Notes: generated by a model not told the origin, from the sequence alone. A DNA stretch of 64,000 nt from an uncultured delta proteobacterium (GCA_963749215.1 CAVVMA010000007.1:35034-99033); one strand, 5' to 3'. Numbered from the stretch's first letter, positions 39,829 through 50,204 are shown. Made by a program: numbers and translations.

Positions 39829-40692
39829 TTATTTCTCAAATGATGGCCCGGACCATCCATCCCGTCCGCCCAGTGGACCGTTTTGCTGCTGCGTCGACGC
39901 CGCCGCACCGCTCTGAAGCGGACCGCCCAATCCCGCTGTCAGCCCACCATCGACGACCATCGCCTGACCGGTGACCCATTCGGAATCGTCGCTGGCCAGG
40001 AATAGGGCCATCGCCGCGATATCGTCCGGCCGTCCCGCGCGCTGAATCGGCTGGAAATGCGCCATCATCTGGCCCAAGACCTCCTCGCCGCCCGGCACCC
40101 GATTCGAGATGAGTGGCGTATTGATCCCGCCGGGACAGATGCAGTTCACCCTGATCTTATCCTTGGCAAGTTCCATCGCCGCCGAGCGGGTCAGATTGAT
40201 TACTCCCGCTTTGGCCGCGCAGTAGGCGTGAACGCCCGGCGGGCTTCCGCGCAGCCCCGACACTGAGGCGGTCGAGATAATCGATCCGCCGCCGACCTTT
40301 CGCATCTCGGGCGCCGCATGCTTGATCCCGAGGAAAACCGCGCGCAACAGCACTCCCATCGTCCGATCCCAGTTCTCGACCGTGATCTGCTCGATTGGAC
40401 CCACGGCTCCGCCGAGTCCGGCATTGTTGTAGATGATGTCGAGCCGGCCGAATTCCTTCACGGCGCGCGCGACAGCGGCCTGGATCGCGGCTTCCTGCGA
40501 TACATCGGTGTGCTGGAAGACCGCGTTGCCGCCGTTTTCCTTGCAATCGCGCACCACCGACTCGCCGCCTTCGCGATTGAGGTCGGCGATTACTACCGAC
40601 GCGCCCTCGCCGGCGAACCGGATCGCTGTGGATCGGCCGATTCCGCTCGCCGCACCGGTGATTACTGCCACTTTCTTATCAAGTCTGCCCAC
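39829..40692 (-). CDS. SDR-family (short-chain dehydrogenase/reductase) oxidoreductase
   Basis: KKVAVITGAASGIGRS (TGxxxGxG), NNAG, and the catalytic YCAAK. GTG start at 40692 with an AAGGAAGG SD. The listed longer ORF would overlap the tetR gene. Confidence 0.8.
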   Translation of the reverse strand: MGRLDKKVAVITGAASGIGRSTAIRFAGEGASVVIADLNREGGESVVRDCKENGGNAVFQHTDVSQEAAIQAAVARAVKEFGRLDIIYNNAGLGGAVGPIEQITVENWDRTMGVLLRAVFLGIKHAAPEMRKVGGGSIISTASVSGLRGSPPGVHAYCAAKAGVINLTRSAAMELAKDKIRVNCICPGGINTPLISNRVPGGEEVLGQMMAHFQPIQRAGRPDDIAAMALFLASDDSEWVTGQAMVVDGGLTAGLGGPLQSGAAASTQQQNGPLGGRDGWSGPSFEK

Positions 40693-40816
40693 GGATTCAC
40701 CTTCCTTTTGTGACTGAATGCCAATCGTTGACGAGAGGCGGATGATTGCCCGAATAGTTCCCGACGACGACTCTCTTCCCGAATCGAATAGCCCAAAGCC
40801 TCGCTCGAGGCCAACC

Positions 40817-41434
40817 CTAGATGCTGCCCCGGATATGGCGCAGGACGATTTCACGCAACTGCACGAGGGTCGATTCCACGCTCAGCCCCAGCGCGGCTAC
40901 TTCGCCCTCGGCGAGCGCGTCGCAGACCCGCTCCATCGTGAACAGCAAAATCGCGTCTTCTTCTCCGCTGCGATCGCGGCGCTCCGGGCGCACAAGCGCC
41001 GCCAATATCCCGAGCTGACGGCGCCGCTGCGCGCGATAGAAGCTCCGTACCACCGCGTCCTGCGCGACCAGCGCCCGCAGGCTGCTTCGAAGCCCGCGCC
41101 AGCGGCGATGATGGCTCAACGAAAGACTGACCAGATCGGCGGCGGTTTCCTCGGCGCTCCGCTCCTTCCGGAGCGAATCCGCGATCGAAGCCCACTCGGC
41201 AGTGACCCAGGCTTCGTACGCGGCCAGGAAAATCGCGCGCTTGTCGGGAAAGTGCTTATAGAACGTCGCGGGAGCATATCCGGCCGCGCGGGCGATGCGG
41301 TTCGAGTCGGTCCCATAGTAGCCGTCGCGGTTGAAGACCTGGGCCGCCGCCGCCACCAGGCGAGCCCGGGTGTCCGCCGGCTTGCCGCGCCGAGGCCGCG
41401 CCGATGGTGGAAGGCCGGGAACGAAATCAGTCAT
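40817..41434 (-). CDS. TetR/AcrR-family transcriptional regulator
   Basis: The N-terminal HTH ARLVAAAAQVFNRDGYYGTDSNRIARAAGYAPATFYKHFPDKRAIF is a TetR_N signature. Confidence 0.8.
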   Translation of the reverse strand: MTDFVPGLPPSARPRRGKPADTRARLVAAAAQVFNRDGYYGTDSNRIARAAGYAPATFYKHFPDKRAIFLAAYEAWVTAEWASIADSLRKERSAEETAADLVSLSLSHHRRWRGLRSSLRALVAQDAVVRSFYRAQRRRQLGILAALVRPERRDRSGEEDAILLFTMERVCDALAEGEVAALGLSVESTLVQLREIVLRHIRGSI

Positions 41435-41603
41435 TCGACACGATAATCACGGCACGAAAATCGCGCGACACGAAAGTCAGAGAGTACGGGAAGGATAACT
41501 ACAACGAAGAGCCCCAACTTGGCCAGCAACTAGCGGGGCCTGGAAAGAGATGTCGGGGACGGGTGAAAGCGGGCGCGCGGTTTTCCGCGCGGTTTTCCAC
41601 GGT

Positions 41604-41645
41604 CGAAAAACGCGAGCGTCGCAAGGCGGCAGGCCGAAACCGCCG
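41604..41645 (-). terminator. Probable intrinsic terminator (two GC hairpins followed by a UUUUU tract) downstream of the small ORF and the AKR gene
   Basis: The minus-strand RNA is GGCGGuuucggccuGCCGCC uug CGCGAcgcUCGCG UUUUUCG. Confidence 0.4.
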
Positions 41646-41649
41646 GAGA

Positions 41650-41904
41650 CTATGAGGGGTTGGCCGTTCGGATGTTCTTGAGAATGAAGAGGATGTCGGT
41701 CACGCTCGTCAGACTCCCGAACATATCCACCTTGGCGAGGAAATTCAGCTCTTCCTCGGTAATGCGGTGTGCGGCCATCAGCTTGTCGTCGGAGCGTAGC
41801 TGCTCCAGAATTCCGTTGCGCTGCACCTGCGGCTTGCCTCCTCCCCCTGGATGTAACAGAGAGTAGAATAACTCTACAGATGAGTCAAGCTGCGCCAGAG
41901 TCAA
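41650..41904 (-). CDS. Small hypothetical protein. Only the distal 42 codons (from ATG at 41778, MAAHRITEEELNFLAKVDMFGSL...) show host-like GC3 codon usage.
   Basis: The ORF lies directly downstream of the AKR/Fe-S gene and is followed by a terminator-like structure. The upstream part has atypical A/T-ending codons, so its true extent is uncertain. Confidence 0.3.
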   Translation of the reverse strand: MTLAQLDSSVELFYSLLHPGGGGKPQVQRNGILEQLRSDDKLMAAHRITEEELNFLAKVDMFGSLTSVTDILFILKNIRTANPS

Positions 41905-41917
41905 ACCGGGCCGCCGG

Positions 41918-43148
41918 TCACGAGAGCATCAGATGAGTGGGGCCGAGCAGGTCCTGGGTCTGCACCCCGTGCGGGCAGGCGCCGGCGCAGGCGTGATGCG
42001 CGCAGCTCAGGCACGCCGACGCGCCCGCACCCAGCGCCGCGTACTGGTCCCGCGCCAGGCGCAGGTCGCCATAGTCGCGCGCATACATCCGGGTCCGCAG
42101 GACCTCGGCGATCGGCACGCCGGCAGGACATGCGCTCTCGCACGTATCGCAGCCCTGGCGGCAATGCGACGATCCGTTGAGCTGCATGTAACGCGCCAGC
42201 AGCGGGCCGTCGACTTCGGCCGACGCGCGCGAGCCCGACGCGCCCAGATACTCGTCGATCAAGCGCGCCGTTCTTCATCGTGACAACCAGCCCGTCGACG
42301 TCGGGGTTCGACAATACCCAGCGGAACGCGGCCTGCGAGAAGGTCGCGCCATCGCCCTCGAAGCGGCGCAGGTCGTTGAGCCGGGCGCCCATCAAGGTCT
42401 TCATCGCGATGTAGCCCATCCCCTTGGCCTTGGCCTTTTGAATCAGGCGGGGCAATTCGGGCTGCACCGCGATCACGTCGAAGTTGCGCAGGAAGCGCTG
42501 GTAAAAGCGCGGGTCATGGCCGAAGTTGTACGCGCCCAGGATGACGTCGAAGTGTCCCGTGTCGATCGCATAGTCCAGACATTCGGCGAGCCGGCCGGCG
42601 TGGCCCGAGACTCCGGTGAAGCGGATCTTGCCCTGTTTCTTTGCCTCGGCGGCGAACTCGTACCATTCGGGGTTTTGCAGCCGCGCCAGATCGTTGACCG
42701 CATGGTTGAAGTACACGTCGACGTGATCGGTCTGCAGGCGACGCAGGCTTCCTTCGAGCTCCTGCATGATCGCTTGCCTGCTATCGTCGGGGCTGGCCCA
42801 GACCTTTGAGGCGATAAACACCTTATCGCGCTTGCCACGAAGCGCCCTGCCGATGGTGCTCTCCGAATCGCCGCCGCTGTAGTCGTTGGCGGTATCGAAG
42901 TAATTGATTCCGCCGTCCAGGGCCTTGAGGACGACATCCTCCTGGCCGGCGCCAAGCCCGCTCGAACCGAAGGAGATGTCCGAGATGCGCATCCCGGTGC
43001 GGCCCAGCTCGCGGTAGCGCCTGACACCCGGGGTCGGTATCGCCGCGACCGCTTTCCGTGCGAACGACATCAACCCGACGCCCAAACCGGCGAGCGCGCC
43101 GCGCTTGATAAACTCGCGGCGGCCCAGCGTTCCACGTGTCGTTTTCAT
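41918..43148 (-). CDS. Aldo/keto reductase with a Tat signal peptide and a C-terminal 4Fe-4S ferredoxin-like domain (COG1453-type). A +1 frameshift near 42262-42275 interrupts it.
   Basis: The N-terminus RREFIKRGALAGLGVGLMSFA has a twin-arginine motif, and an AKR barrel follows (YFDTANDYSGGDSE, NHAVN). After ...VVTMKNGA the main frame degenerates into Arg/Gly/Pro-rich sequence. The other frame (ORF 41918..42262) encodes the Cys-rich ferredoxin domain CRQGCDTCESACP...CLSCAHHACAGACP. Confidence 0.7.
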
Positions 43149-43176
43149 AGCCGTTTCCTCCTTCGCGCCATAATCG

Positions 43177-43953
43177 TCAGAAATGGTCCTTGAGTTCCCG
43201 CGCCTTGGCGAAGATCGCGACCGGATCGTCGGCGAGCGACGGATCCTTGCGCTTGAGGCTCGCGCGAAGCTCGGCGCTGTCGATTCGCAGGAACGGGTTG
43301 ATCCGCTTCTCTTCGCCGATCGTCGAGGGCACCGTCCATTTGCCCTCCGAGCGCATCTTGATCGCCCACTCGTGCTTGTCCTTGATGTCCCGATTGTTCG
43401 GTTCGAGCGTGAGCGCGAAGCGCAGGTTCTTCTCGGTGTATTCGTGGCCGCAGAAAACGCGGGTGTCGTCGGGCAGCGCCGCCAGTTTGCGCAGCGATTC
43501 GACCATCGTGGCGGCCTTGCCCTCGAACACGCGGCCGCATCCCGCGATAAACATCGTGTCGCCGGTGAACACGGCCTTGAGCTGCGGAAAATAGTACGCG
43601 ATATGACCGCTGGTGTGAGCCGGGATTCCGATCACGCGGGCTTCGAGCGAGCCGATTTTGACCTTGCCGCCGTCATCGAGCGGGTCGGTAAGGCCGGGAA
43701 TTCGGCCGCCTTCTGCGCGCGCGCCGTAGACCCTGATTGCGGGCTTCGCCTTGAGCAGATCCTGATTGCCGCCGACGTGGTCGAAGTGCCAATGGGTCGA
43801 CAGCGCGGCGACCAGATCGAGTCCCCGGGCGGAGACCTCGGCGAGCACTTTGTCCGCCTCGGCGCAGTCGACTACGCCGCACAGCTTGGCGGCTTCATCG
43901 ATCACCAGGTAGGCGAAATTGTCGGAGAGTTGCGGAACGGGAACGATCGGCAT
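43177..43953 (-). CDS. gloB: Hydroxyacylglutathione hydrolase (glyoxalase II)
   Basis: The metallo-beta-lactamase motif THWHFDHVGGN and the GloB C-terminal domain. The start MPIVPVP was chosen. Confidence 0.8.
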   Translation of the reverse strand: MPIVPVPQLSDNFAYLVIDEAAKLCGVVDCAEADKVLAEVSARGLDLVAALSTHWHFDHVGGNQDLLKAKPAIRVYGARAEGGRIPGLTDPLDDGGKVKIGSLEARVIGIPAHTSGHIAYYFPQLKAVFTGDTMFIAGCGRVFEGKAATMVESLRKLAALPDDTRVFCGHEYTEKNLRFALTLEPNNRDIKDKHEWAIKMRSEGKWTVPSTIGEEKRINPFLRIDSAELRASLKRKDPSLADDPVAIFAKARELKDHF

Positions 43954-43989
43954 CGTGACTCCCTGCGTGAAACGCACCGCCCCAATGAC

Positions 43990-44763
43990 TCACAGGCCAA
44001 CGATACTATATCCCATGTCCACGTACACGGTCTGCCCGGTGACGCCGCCGGCGAGATCGCTCAGCATCGCCGCGGCCATCTTGCCGACGTCTTCCGGATT
44101 CATGGCGCGGCGCATCGGCGAGCGCGCTTCGACCTCGTGCGCCATATCGTGAAAGCCGCGAATCGCCGCAGAGGAGAGCGTGCGGGCCGGCGCGGCGCTG
44201 AGCGCGTTGACCCGGATATTCTTCGCGCCGAGGTCGAGCGCCAGATAGCGCACGCAGGCTTCCAGAGCGGCTTTGGCCACTCCCATCACGTTGTAATTCG
44301 GCACCGCGCGGACCGCGCCGAGATAGCTGAGGGTGAGGATCGAGCCGCCGCCGCGCGGCTCCATCAGGGGCTCTGCCGCGCGCGCCAGCGCGACCAGCGA
44401 GTAGGCGCTGATCTCGAGCGAGCGCGCGAAGTTGGCGCGGTTGACGTTCAGGAAGCGATCGCGCAGGTCCTCGCGCTCGGCGAAGGCGACCGCGTGGACC
44501 AGCATGTCGAGCCCGCCCCACAGCTCCTTCACCGCGGCGAAGACCGCCGCGATCTGGTCGTCGCGGGTCACGTCGAGCTCGCCGATCACGGCTGCCCGGA
44601 TCTGTTCGGCCAGCGGGCGCACGCGCTTCTCGAGCACCTCGCCCTGGTAGGTCATCGCGACCGAGGCGCCTTGCGCGCAAAGCTCGCGCGCGATCGCCCA
44701 GGCAAGGCTCTTGTCGTTGGCCACCCCGACCACCAGCGCGCGCTTGCCCTCGGCTATACCCAT
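43990..44763 (-). CDS. fabI: Enoyl-[acyl-carrier-protein] reductase (NADH), FabI
   Basis: KRALVVGVANDKSLAWAIA, the Y-x6-K catalytic context (PNYNVMGVAKAALE), and a FabI-typical length of 257 aa. Confidence 0.85.
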   Translation of the reverse strand: MGIAEGKRALVVGVANDKSLAWAIARELCAQGASVAMTYQGEVLEKRVRPLAEQIRAAVIGELDVTRDDQIAAVFAAVKELWGGLDMLVHAVAFAEREDLRDRFLNVNRANFARSLEISAYSLVALARAAEPLMEPRGGGSILTLSYLGAVRAVPNYNVMGVAKAALEACVRYLALDLGAKNIRVNALSAAPARTLSSAAIRGFHDMAHEVEARSPMRRAMNPEDVGKMAAAMLSDLAGGVTGQTVYVDMGYSIVGL

Positions 44764-44782
44764 CGGCGCGTCACCGGCGGCG

Positions 44783-45520
44783 TCAGACTTCGATCTCCAT
44801 CCCGTCGAACGCCATCTCGATCTTCACGTCCGACTTGTGTTCGTAGACTTCGCGGCCGATGTGGGTCAGCACCATCCGGCCGACGTTGAATTGCTTGCGA
44901 TGCTTGGCGATCAGCGGATAGTTGAGATGAAAGTTCAGTTGGGTGCTCTCGAAATAGGTGCATTCGCAGATGAAGAGGTCGGCCCCATCGCAGAACGGGA
45001 TCAGCTCGTCGGTCCATCCGGTGTCGCCGGAAAATACGATGGTCTTGCCGCCGAGCGTGATTCGGAACGCCAGCGAGATGTCGGGCTTGGTGTGCGGCGT
45101 GCGAAGCGTGGCGACCTCAACCCCCCCGAAGTCGCGGCTTTGGGCCGGCGCGAGCACTTCGAACTCGAGCAGGCGCGCAACCCTCTCTTCCGGAAAGTTG
45201 TAAAACATGTTCTCGAAGAGCGTCCAGGTGCGCTGCTCGAGCCGCCGGGGCCCGGCGATGGTCAGGGGCTTTCTGAGCAGGGTCTCCCACATGTAGTCCA
45301 GGATCAGAAACGGCAGCCCGCCGAAGTGGTCGCCGTGAAGATGACTGATCAGGACAAGATCGAGATCGGCCGGAGAGAAGCCCGCCCGCTTGAGCACGGG
45401 AAGCAGCGACGGCCCCGCCTCCATCAGGATGGTCTTGCCGACGCCCTCAATGATGTAGCAGGCAGGACTGCTGCCGCAGCTCGCGAACGCATCACCCGCA
45501 CCGAGTATGGTGACTCTTAC
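44783..45520 (-). CDS. MBL-fold metallo-hydrolase (RNase Z/ElaC-like)
   Basis: VTILGAGDAFAS and ISHLHGDHFGGLPFL (HxHxDH). The N-terminal extension of the listed ORF is probably not translated. A GTG start near 45520 is assumed. Confidence 0.65.
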   Translation of the reverse strand, partial: VRVTILGAGDAFASCGSSPACYIIEGVGKTILMEAGPSLLPVLKRAGFSPADLDLVLISHLHGDHFGGLPFLILDYMWETLLRKPLTIAGPRRLEQRTWTLFENMFYNFPEERVARLLEFEVLAPAQSRDFGGVEVATLRTPHTKPDISLAFRITLGGKTIVFSGDTGWTDELIPFCDGADLFICECTYFESTQLNFHLNYPLIAKHRKQFNVGRMVLTHIGREVYEHKSDVKIEMAFDGMEIEV

Positions 45521-45805
45521 GGTTTCGGCCTCCCCGTTCCGCGGCTTCCTGGCGGGCCGCCCGTTAGGGGGCGAATGCGCTCTCACCAGATCAGAGTTAG
45601 TATCTTCGTGAGCAGCTTGCAATCGAGGCGCTCCTTGAACAGGACTTTGAAGAAGGATTTTCAAGGCCTGCTCCCCGTAGCTCTCGTCCCCCGTGGAAGG
45701 GGAGAAGACTGAGAAGACCAAAGACCGAAGCCACCTTTCACTGGGTGTGCATAACGAGCGTAGCCTATTTGCTCCCCATGTAAAGACTCTTTCAACACCC
45801 TGCTA

Positions 45806-46376
45806 ATGAAGCGGTCCGGTATTCGATTGGCGGCGGCGTTGATGGCGATTGCGCTCGGCGGATGCAATCGCCCGGTCAGCTCCGCCGCCGTCATCGCCGT
45901 ACGCGCGCGCGGAGCAAATCGAGCTGAACTTCCGCGGACAGAGCTTCGCGCTGGGCGACAACGACAAGATCGCGAATCTGACCCCGGCCGAGGGACCGAA
46001 GAATCGCGTGCTGCGGCTGCCGTTCTGGCTCGGCACGAACATCCTGGTGCCCGGCGTGATGCAACCCAGGGAGGGCGATTACTACGTCGTCAGCGAAGCC
46101 GTGCTGGTGAAGACGCTCGCTAATCCCGACGAATGGCTGATCGAGGCCGGCAGCACGTTAATCAAGAAGGAGACCGTGCTGGTCACGACCCGCACTCATT
46201 TTCGTTCGGCGGGCAAGATGCTCCCGATGATCGTCCAGTTCACGGGGATGCGCCCGTTTGCGCGGGGCGACGGAAAGACGGTCGAGGTTGCGGTGCTGAA
46301 GGAGGTGTCGCTGCCGATGAAATGGACACTCGCCGGCGCGATCCCCAGGAGCTACGCCAGGTTCGAAGTGCGATGA
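45806..46376 (+). CDS. Lipoprotein of unknown function, paralog A. The signal peptide is in one frame and the mature domain in the +1 frame, so there is a frameshift at a (CG)n run around 45901-45912.
   Basis: MKRSGIRLAAALMAIALGGC (lipobox) is in the frame opening at 45806. The conserved body EQIELNFRGQSFALGDNDK...LPFWLGTNILVPGVMQP...SLPMKWT is in the frame opening at 45849. It is a paralog of the downstream gene. Confidence 0.55.
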
Positions 46377-46993
46377 GACTCGCGCGCGTATCGATTCGGC
46401 TCGCCGCGGCCTGCTTCCTGGCGATACTCGCAACGTCGGGGTGCTCGCCCGATCGCGCGCTCGATTTCGGACTGACCGGCGAGATCACCACGCCGCCCCA
46501 GGATGAGCTCAGCCGTCAGATCCTGAAGGATTTCGACGGGCGCGACTTTACGCTGGGCGACAACGATCGCGAGGCCGCGGTCAGCCTCTCCGATTGGCCG
46601 GAAGGCCGCCGCGTGATCATCCCGTTCTGGCTCGGCGTGAATCCGCTGCTGCCGGGCCTGATGCGACCGACGCCTGGGCACATCTACGTGATCAGCGAGG
46701 CGATGCTGGTGCGGCCGATGGGGGACAATCGCTACCTGATTCGCGCCGGCTCCAAGCTCTTCAAGTTCGACACGCTTTTCGAGACGAGCCACACGCGCTA
46801 TCTGGACACGGGCAAGATTTTGCCGACCGTGGTCCGTTTCGTCGGCACCGACGTAATAACGGTGCCGCGCGACGCGCCCGCGTCGGGCACGATCACGGAA
46901 AAGGTGCCGATTCTGCGCGAGGTCTCCCTGCCCATGAAGATGGACCAGCCGCCGCCGGGCTACGCGAAATTCGAAGTGCGCAGGACCACTTGA
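46373..46993 (+). CDS. Lipoprotein of unknown function, paralog B
   Basis: MRLARVSIRLAAACFLAILATSGC (lipobox) and the shared motifs DFTLGDNDRE, IPFWLGVNPLLPGLMRP and SLPMKMD. Its start overlaps the upstream stop (ATGA). Confidence 0.65.
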   Translation: MRLARVSIRLAAACFLAILATSGCSPDRALDFGLTGEITTPPQDELSRQILKDFDGRDFTLGDNDREAAVSLSDWPEGRRVIIPFWLGVNPLLPGLMRPTPGHIYVISEAMLVRPMGDNRYLIRAGSKLFKFDTLFETSHTRYLDTGKILPTVVRFVGTDVITVPRDAPASGTITEKVPILREVSLPMKMDQPPPGYAKFEVRRTT

Positions 46994-47002
46994 GGGTCGC
47001 CC

Positions 47003-48153
47003 TCACGGAAACGGCACCGACGCGCGGGCCTGGCTTTGCCGGGAGCGCGAGAGCTCGTCGTCGATGATGCCTTCGAATTCGCTCTGCGGCTGTGCTCCCG
47101 TGAACGGACGGCCGTCGATAAAGAACGCCGGCGTTCCCGTCACGCCGACCTGATGCCCCTGGGCCTCGTCGCGCTGGATCGCGTCCTGATGGCCGCCGCC
47201 GTCGAAGCACGCCGCGAACTTCGCGCCGTCGAGACCGAGCCTGGCCGCGGTGGCCTTGAGATCCGCCGGCGTTAGCTTCGCCTGGTTGGCAAACAGCGCG
47301 TCGTGGTACTCCCAGAACTTGTTCTGGTCAGCCGCGCATCGCGCGGCCTTGGCGGCGTCCATCGCGTGAGCGTGAAACGGCAGCGGGAAATCGAAGAACA
47401 CGATCTTGAGCTTGTCACCGTATTTCTGGCGCAATCCGGCGAGCGTCGGCGCCACTCGGCCGCAGAACGGACATTGAAAGTCGGCAAACTCGGCGAGCGT
47501 GATCGGCGCGTCGGCGGGGCCTCGCTCCGGATGATCTGCGACTTCCAGCTCGACCCGCGGCGGCTGGATCATGATCTTGAGCGGGTCGCGCGAGCGGAGC
47601 TTGGCCAAGATTTCCTGGCGGTGCGCATTCTCGCGTTGGGCGAGGATGGTATTGAGAATCGAGGCCCTGACCTGATCGTAGGGCTGCTGGTGATACTGCG
47701 CCTTGTGCTGGTCGTAAAACTTCTGCGCGTCTTCGTCGCTGACGGTGCTCGCACCACCCTGGCGCTTGATATATTCCGCGACGCTGATGTGCGATTCTCC
47801 CGCGGCCTGCTGGAGCGCGTAATCGTCGGCGATCGCCTCGATGGTCTTGCGCTTGAGCTCGTAGACCTGGCTCTCCATCGCGGCGAGCTGCGACTTGATG
47901 CGCGCCTCAACTTCGCCTTCCGTGATCGGATGCGACCCGACCGTCGCGACGACTTGGCCGTTGCTCAGGCCGAAATTCCGGCCGCTGCTGCGGCCGACTT
48001 CCCTCACAACCGGCTGGGCCTGGATTGCGGCCGGGGCCGCGACAATGACGATCACGATCGCAAGCGCGGCGTACAGCGGCACGACTATCCGCTTCGATCC
48101 GGCGGTCGATGGTGCGGCCGGGCGAATCGCGCGATGCAGGGGAGAGCCAAACG
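47003..48153 (-). CDS. Membrane-anchored thiol:disulfide oxidoreductase: a DsbA-family thioredoxin domain preceded by a SurA_N-like chaperone segment
   Basis: A TM helix VVPLYAALAIVIVIVAAPAAI, a helical region resembling the SurA/PpiD N-domain, and the thioredoxin active site FQCPFCGR (CPFC). The start ATG at 48153 has a GAAGGAAG SD. Confidence 0.7.
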
Positions 48154-48180
48154 ATACGTCCATATCAACTTCCTTCGCTG

Positions 48181-50125
48181 TCAACCGGTTCTTCGGCAGC
48201 TTCTTCCAGAACCGCAGTGGGCAGCACGTCGGGCCCGACGCCCTTCCAGGAATCGGGACACCCGTCCCATCACGTGTCCCATCGCGCGGTCGAACATATA
48301 CATCGGATACGAAATATACAGTTCGTCGCGGGCGCGGGTGCCCGCGACATACATCAGCCGACGCTCCTCCTCCAGGTCCTCGGGCGACGCGCTCTGCGGT
48401 CCCGGAAAGCGTCCGTCCGCGGCCCAAATCAGGAACACCACCTTCCACTCGAGACCCTTGGCCGAATGGATTGTGCTGAGCGTGACGTAGCCTTCGTCGG
48501 GATCGGTCGCGAGGATGTCGCCGATCGAATCGTTCGGCGGCTCGAGCGCCATGTCGGCGAGCATCGACTGGAGACTCCGGTAGCGCTCGGTGATCGCCTG
48601 GAGATGCTCGAGGTCGCGCTCGCGTTTGGGGTAGTCGTCGGGATACGCCTCGCGCATCAGTGGAAGATAGTAGTTGAGCACGATCGCGAGCTGCTCGGCC
48701 GGGCGCGCCGGCGCGAGTAATTCCGCGAGCAACGCGGAAAGCCGGCCCAGCTCCGACTCACCCTTACCCGCCGCCTTCGCAGCCGCGGCAACCGCCTTGG
48801 CGGGATCGGGGGAATCGATCACCGTCTGGGCCAGGCGTTCGGCGCGGCGCGGGCCGACACCCCGCAGCAGCATCAGGATGCGCAGCCATGAAACCGCGTC
48901 GGCCGGATTCGCGATCACGCGCAGATGGGCCAGCACGTCCTTGACGTGGGCGGTCTCGATGAACTTGAAACCGCCGCGCTTGATGAACGGGATATCGCGG
49001 CGTTGCAGCTCGAGCTCCAGGTCAAACGAGTGAAAGCTCGACCGGAACAGGACGGCGAGCTCGTTTAGGGCAACGCCCTCTTCGCGCAGTTCCAGGATGC
49101 GCTGGGCCACGAATCGCGACTGGGTATGTTCGTCCTGCGCGCGCACCAATAGCGGGCGGAAGCCGCCCTCGCGCCGGGTGAACAGCACCTTGGTGTACTT
49201 CTCCTGCGCAAGCGAGATGACTTCGTTGGCAACGTCGAGGATGCCTTGCAGCGAACGGTAATTCTCTTCGAGCTTCACCACTTTAGTGCCGGGGAAAAGC
49301 GCCGGGAACTCCATGATGTTGCGGAAATTCGCGCCCCGAAACGAATAAATCGACTGGGCGTCGTCGCCCACCGCCATCACGTTCTGATGGGTCGCCGCGA
49401 GCAGCTTGACCAGCTCGGCCTGGATCAGGTTGGTGTCCTGATATTCGTCGATCATTATGTAGCGATAGGTATCAGAGAGACGGCGGCGGATGGGTTCGCC
49501 GGTGCGGAGCAGCTCAGCCAGCCGATAGAGCAGGTCGTCGTAGTCGAGCAGAGCGCGCTCGCGTTTGTAGGCTTCGTAGCCGGCGGCGAGCCTAACGATA
49601 TCGCCGCGGTGCTCGCGGAGATGGGGAAAGTCGGCCTCGATTTCGGCGTCGAGCGCGCGGCTTTTGTTGCGCGCCATGCTGATGACCTCGGCCAGCGCGC
49701 GTTTTTTCGGGAAGCGCCGCTCGCGCGACGCCAGGCCCATCCGCGTCCGTATCAGGTTGATTACGTCCTCCATGTCGGAGCGGTCGAGGATCGTGAAATT
49801 GGGCTGAATTCCGATCGGAGCGCCATAGCGGCGCAGCGTCAGATTGGCGAACGAATGGAAGGTGCCGCCGGCGACCGCGCCGCGAGCGATCGCCGACCAG
49901 GTGCTCCGCCCGGCGCAGCATCTCCTGCGCGGCGCGGCGGGTGAAAGTCAGCAGCAGAATCGCTCCGGGCGCAACGCCGCTCTCGATCAGGCGCGCGACC
50001 CGGTAAATCAGCGTGCGGGTCTTGCCCGAGCCCGCCCCGGCGATCACCAGCAGCGGGCCCTCGCGATGCCTGACTGCTTCGAGCTGCGCCGGGTTCAGGA
50101 CCTCGGCGTACTTGACCCTGAAGTT
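48181..50125 (-). CDS. UvrD/Rep/PcrA-family (SF1) ATP-dependent DNA helicase. Frameshifted near 49885-49915, and probably again at the extreme N-terminus.
   Basis: The N-terminal frame has LNPAQLEAVRHREGPLLVIAGAGSGKTRTLIYRVARLI (Walker A) and then becomes garbage. The second frame continues with GGTFHSFANL...IMIDEYQDTNLIQ...AVGDDAQSIYSFRGA...ENYRS...VTLSTIHSAKGLEWKVVF...YVAGTRARDEL. No in-frame start codon precedes the LNP motif. Confidence 0.75.
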
Positions 50126-50204
50126 GCGCTCGTCCGGCGGCGCCGAGTCTCTTTGAGGGCGATTACCTGGTCGGCCACTTCACCATCGATCCTATCACGT
50201 CCGG

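Noticed and set aside
41901-43148. Treating the 415-aa continuous ORF as the true aldo/keto reductase C-terminus
   Set aside because: Its last 120 residues are Arg/Gly/Pro-rich nonsense, while the +1 frame encodes a textbook 2x[4Fe-4S] Cys pattern. A frameshift is the better explanation.
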